DNA of 62,005 nt, the filler included, from Stramenopiles sp. TOSAG23-3 (lineage: Eukaryota), in NCBI GenBank assembly GCA_900128585.1. It is 12 parts of 12 records of this genome, joined end to end, with 100 filler letters (N's around TTAATTAATTAA, not from the genome) between each part and the next. Parts side by side here need not be neighbours in the genome. Positions count along the whole stretch, not along the records: positions 56,955 to 62,005 come from LT643622.1; 11 more parts are not named here. One strand, given 5' to 3'. Shown here one piece after another: positions 57,964 to 62,005 of this stretch. The position numbers and the translations under genes are program-made. Below the pieces are notes generated by a model, which was not told the DNA's origin, did not search any database, and saw only the letters and a program-made list of their open reading frames with translations. Every line of letters starts with the position of its first letter. Positions within the stretch are counted from its first letter, which is position 1.

Positions 57964-59970
57964 ATGATCAAGTCCTTCAAAACAATCTCAAACCCTCTCC
58001 CAGAACAGCCGGGGGCTTCTGGGGGGCCTTCTGTGTCACTAGAGCTGGAAAGAAAAGATATCAAGAAGAGACACAAAAATACAAACGGCCAAGGGGCAAC
58101 CATCTCTCCGAACTACTGCGAACACGTCGGATGGAACGGGACGGTCCTTCTGCTGTTGTATTTTGTTATCGGTGGTTTGTATTGGTTAGCAACGTACATT
58201 TACACCCTAGCCTTTAGGGTCTGGACGCGAGAGTGGGTGCTTACGCTCCCTATTGTAGGAAGTGGTTATATTCTGGGAGGTTTAGGGCTTTCTTTGCAAT
58301 GGAAAAAGCTCGTCTCTCGATTTCTCGACCCCCCAAAGAAACGCAATAAAACAAAGAACAACACCAATTGCTTAGGTAGAGTGCTGAAGATACGAGAAAA
58401 GTTTTTCATTCACGGTCCCTATTATTTGTGGAAACTCTATTTCTTTGAGATGGTTGAAAGTGTCAACACCACTGCATCGCTTCGTGTTGTTTATTTGTGC
58501 AGCCTGCCCCCTTGGTTTACTATTATGATGTGTGTTCTATTGGCCATGGACGGGCTGTACCGGGCGTACGATATTTGGCAAGACAATACCCCTGATCGAC
58601 GAGATAGGCACGTTCTGATTGATATCTTACTGGATTCGCTTACCGCCGCGGCACCGCTATATTTAATGTGGTATGCCTACAAGGTTCCCGTGCCTTTGTC
58701 GGAATTATTTCTAATTGTACTCTTTCCAACATTGTGCGTGTTTGTAAAGGCACGGTCTCTTTTCCGAGAGTACGTTCGACAGCGGGTGAACAACAGTATC
58801 CAATCCAGGAAAGCTTCTCTGTCTGGGCGGAGGCGGCGAAGCATGTTCGACAACGATGTGCAGCGGACCATGGCAAAACGGCAACAGGATGCGATTCCCC
58901 GGTGGGCTAAATTGTTTATTTCTTGGTTTAACACAGGGTACGCGATGTTTCTAATCTCAATAACTATCGCACAAATTGCCGCGCTGTTCTCGTTGGACAG
59001 CCTGTGCGGTACAACGGAAGATGTAAAATCACTGTGGGGGGGTTGCAAAGTGAAAACCCCACTGTGTGGAAAGGTATTTTCACCACAGTGCGATTGCGCC
59101 GTGATCATATTGGAAACTCACAACATGACGAGACTGCCGGAAGTGTTCCAAGAAATGACTGCGTTGAAAACAGTGCTGATAAAAAATGGGCCATTAGAAG
59201 CGTTGCCGGAAAAAATAGGAGAAAACTTGAAAAAGCTTTCGTCGCTGGATTTGGAGTTTAACAAGTTAAAAATATTGCCGCGGAGTCTTGGCGATCTGCG
59301 AAGTTTGGTATATTTGCACGCAGCCTTTAACCAAATCCAAGATGTGCCTTTGTCCATATGGCATCACGAGGGACTTAACCAACTGGAACTGGCTACTAAT
59401 CGCATTGAAGTTCTACCAGAAACAATAAATATGAAAAGTTTGGTCATACTTACCCTTACCAACAATAGCATATCGGTTATTCCATCTGCAATCGGCAACC
59501 TTCCCATATTGAACGTATTAGAACTGGATGGAAACCTGCTGACGGAATTGCCGAAAGAACTATCAGCTTTGAAAGGCACGTTGGAATGGTTATCTGTTTC
59601 AAGAAATAATTTAACTGATATGTCATTTCCCAAAGCGATGGCGGAGATGCAGAGGCTGGGTACTTTTGACTTACGAAACAATTCTATAACAGTACTCCCG
59701 ACGTGGTTCAACGACCTTACGGCTTTAGAGCAGCTAATGCTAGCAGACAACCCGCTCTGTGTAAACGGTTGGGCAAACACGGTCACTGGGAAAATGAAAG
59801 AACTGGTTGGCACGAAAGGTGCTGGTTGCAAACGGCAGTGTTCGTTTATGTGTGTGAATGTGTTTTTAGAAAACAATGTATGTGTGCGCCAATGCAATCA
59901 GAAATCTTGCTGTTTTAGTGGGGGCTCATGCGGTATTGCTATCAACGGATGCTCAGTTGCAAATTCTTGA
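57964..59970 (+). CDS. Multi-TM protein with leucine-rich repeats and Cys-rich (LNR-like) C-terminus
   Basis: Several N-terminal hydrophobic helices; about 8 L..L.L..N.L..LP repeats; C-terminal C...CN...C.F.GG.C motif. Confidence 0.88.
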   Translation: MIKSFKTISNPLPEQPGASGGPSVSLELERKDIKKRHKNTNGQGATISPNYCEHVGWNGTVLLLLYFVIGGLYWLATYIYTLAFRVWTREWVLTLPIVGSGYILGGLGLSLQWKKLVSRFLDPPKKRNKTKNNTNCLGRVLKIREKFFIHGPYYLWKLYFFEMVESVNTTASLRVVYLCSLPPWFTIMMCVLLAMDGLYRAYDIWQDNTPDRRDRHVLIDILLDSLTAAAPLYLMWYAYKVPVPLSELFLIVLFPTLCVFVKARSLFREYVRQRVNNSIQSRKASLSGRRRRSMFDNDVQRTMAKRQQDAIPRWAKLFISWFNTGYAMFLISITIAQIAALFSLDSLCGTTEDVKSLWGGCKVKTPLCGKVFSPQCDCAVIILETHNMTRLPEVFQEMTALKTVLIKNGPLEALPEKIGENLKKLSSLDLEFNKLKILPRSLGDLRSLVYLHAAFNQIQDVPLSIWHHEGLNQLELATNRIEVLPETINMKSLVILTLTNNSISVIPSAIGNLPILNVLELDGNLLTELPKELSALKGTLEWLSVSRNNLTDMSFPKAMAEMQRLGTFDLRNNSITVLPTWFNDLTALEQLMLADNPLCVNGWANTVTGKMKELVGTKGAGCKRQCSFMCVNVFLENNVCVRQCNQKSCCFSGGSCGIAINGCSVANS

Positions 59971-60237
59971 AAATACTGAAAACAGCAGATAGATAGTTAA
60001 AAGCGGGAAGGCTTTCTCGCGAGAGTCGGGGCCTGTTTACTTGCCAATTGGAATCTTGACCAGGGCCATTAGTTAATTAAAAAAACAAATTATATAGTAT
60101 GTTTTAAGACTCTCATTTTAAATCGATTACTAAGAGATAATAATATAATACAAGTAAGTACCCAATGACATGTGATTTTTTGTTTTTAGATTTGTTACCC
60201 AGCATCTCAAGTTTCAACATACTCAGTGGAGGGCATC

Positions 60238-62005
60238 TTATGGCATCTTATAGCATCTCCCTGGCTCAGCCTGAACGGAAGCGTCACATGGGCTAACTAT
60301 GCCCATTCCCATGAACACTTTAAACACCACGGTCGCCTTTTCCTCGCCTACCCAAACCAGGCAATCGCATAAGTTAGGGTTCGTTGAGCAATCAAACTGG
60401 ATCTCGCCGCTCACGTCGCGAACCATCCCTTCGAACACGTGCGTCGCGTTTTTCTTGTTGCACTCGCCATTGATGCCTGCAAACGACCCGGAGTCCGCAC
60501 CGACTTGAAGCAAAGCGTTTTTGAGCTTCCCACTCCCGTTTTCGAGCAGTGCTTCCGCGTTGCATTTCAATTGTTCACGAAACGCTGTCTTCACCACGTT
60601 GCATATGTTGCCATCGTTCACGTCCTTCCCTATAGTAAGCGAGTTACGCTTCTTCATCATCAACGGGCATTCTTGATCGTTTGTTTTGCACGCTCTGTGG
60701 TCTGCGGTGAACCGCGTAAAGGGCAGTCGGAAAGAACTTGATGCCTTTAAAATTTGTTTGGCCAAAGGTATCAAGTTTTCTTTAAGACCTTGTGTTGACG
60801 CCACGTTCAAATACTTGTTCTTGTATTTTGTAGCTCTGATGTTATTAGATGTTTTTGTTGCCTGATGGCCCTTCGAATCTCTTGCTAGTTTCAAAAGTTC
60901 TTTTGCCCTGTCCGCTCTCACTTTATCTAGCCTAGCCTGATGATAGTTTACAAGTTTTTGTGCTTTTCTTTGTGCTTTGCTGGGGAGTTTAGGATTATGC
61001 ATCCGTCCTTCTGAAAACTTCATTTTTTTTATAATCTTCGCTTCCTCCGCGTCAAACTTATTAGTTAGAGCGTTATGACGATCTCCATTTCTATATGTTG
61101 TTGCATACTCAGGATTATTAGTACGAGCTGCCTCCCTTTCCGCCCAATCTCGTTTCTCTTTCCAGCCATCAACGTCATTTGGATTATCCCTTATTTTATT
61201 ATTCCCACGTAACTCAAAATCATCGGCGCTCGACTTAAACCCGAGCTTTGCCGCAAGGCCCTTCCCCTCCTTCGCTCGTTTGGCCGCATTCGCCAACGTC
61301 ATCATGTCCGCTTTGAACGTGTCGTGCCAACCGATGCCGAACCGTTTAAAAAACGGCTTGGCTTTGTCCACTTTGAATTCAACCACTTCCCCGAGGCCGC
61401 TCATCACAATGATCTCCAGAATGGCGCCTGCCATTGCGAACGAGTCTTCCACCAACCCTTTCTTGCACGTCGTATCGCAATCTTCCGCCACAATCTTCTT
61501 TACCGCTCTGTACAACCGGATCACTTTCCCCTTCATGTAATTGAACGAAAAGTACAGGCCCATGATCATGCCGGCGACCATGACAACGAGCATCTTCGTC
61601 GCCGGGCAATCCCACAGAAACTTCAACCCTTTTTTCAACAGATCGACGATCGACTGAAGCAGTGCCTTGACCGCAAAGATAACGGCCTTTCGACCCTCTG
61701 ATGTCCAGACCTTTTTGTGTACACTTTTCATCACAAACCACATGTTTTTCAACCTGTGCACCACGTTCTTGAGCTCGTTCGCCACGTCGCTCTTTCCGCT
61801 CTCGCACTTCGGGTCTTCAAAAGCCTGCTTAAATTGCCCTGCCATGCCTGAGAAAAAACCGTCGACAAGCCCGAACAAGGCCGGACCGATCGCGTCCTTG
61901 ACCCCGAACGCCTTATCGATTTCCTCCGATTTGTGAAGGACGCTTCCCGTATCAGGTGTCTTGCACGTGCACTCGTTCACGCCAGACGTGTCGCACACGC
62001 AGTCG
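60238..62005 (-). CDS. Hypothetical protein, 5'-truncated; hydrophobic helices, basic central block, Cys-rich C-terminus
   Basis: More than 586 codons open to the window end; no family recognised. Confidence 0.75.
   Translation of the reverse strand, partial: DCVCDTSGVNECTCKTPDTGSVLHKSEEIDKAFGVKDAIGPALFGLVDGFFSGMAGQFKQAFEDPKCESGKSDVANELKNVVHRLKNMWFVMKSVHKKVWTSEGRKAVIFAVKALLQSIVDLLKKGLKFLWDCPATKMLVVMVAGMIMGLYFSFNYMKGKVIRLYRAVKKIVAEDCDTTCKKGLVEDSFAMAGAILEIIVMSGLGEVVEFKVDKAKPFFKRFGIGWHDTFKADMMTLANAAKRAKEGKGLAAKLGFKSSADDFELRGNNKIRDNPNDVDGWKEKRDWAEREAARTNNPEYATTYRNGDRHNALTNKFDAEEAKIIKKMKFSEGRMHNPKLPSKAQRKAQKLVNYHQARLDKVRADRAKELLKLARDSKGHQATKTSNNIRATKYKNKYLNVASTQGLKENLIPLAKQILKASSSFRLPFTRFTADHRACKTNDQECPLMMKKRNSLTIGKDVNDGNICNVVKTAFREQLKCNAEALLENGSGKLKNALLQVGADSGSFAGINGECNKKNATHVFEGMVRDVSGEIQFDCSTNPNLCDCLVWVGEEKATVVFKVFMGMGIVSPCDASVQAEPGRCYKMP

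Overview
This window is not one locus. It is 12 unrelated eukaryotic contigs of about 5.05-5.10 kb, sorted by decreasing length and joined by an artificial 100-nt spacer (N44-TTAATTAATTAA-N44, stops in all six frames). Genes are compact and almost intron-free, use the standard code, and are flanked by AT-rich microsatellite DNA. Recognisable genes are a GH13 alpha-amylase, a TTLL ligase, an RNAi-type RdRP, a TKL-ankyrin kinase, an HA-domain protein, a GT2-TPR protein, a GH54 fragment, an MA3 protein, kinesin-13, CFAP44, an acyltransferase-3, ABC-F, Cdc14, a dynein light chain, a thioredoxin-like protein, a BNR/sialidase-like protein and a membrane LRR protein. This content suggests a heterotrophic flagellate, possibly a MAST-like stramenopile MAG/SAG (inference). 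Main oddities: (1) a cyclic-nucleotide-binding gene whose central ~670 bp is inverted, where flipping it restores one 514-aa ORF; (2) an RdRP missing one conserved motif at a short tandem repeat; (3) a thioredoxin-like gene with an in-frame TGA and a structured 3' element; (4) a ~400-bp foldback element; (5) a motif recurring between convergent gene ends on different contigs. Amplification or assembly artefacts cannot be excluded from sequence alone.
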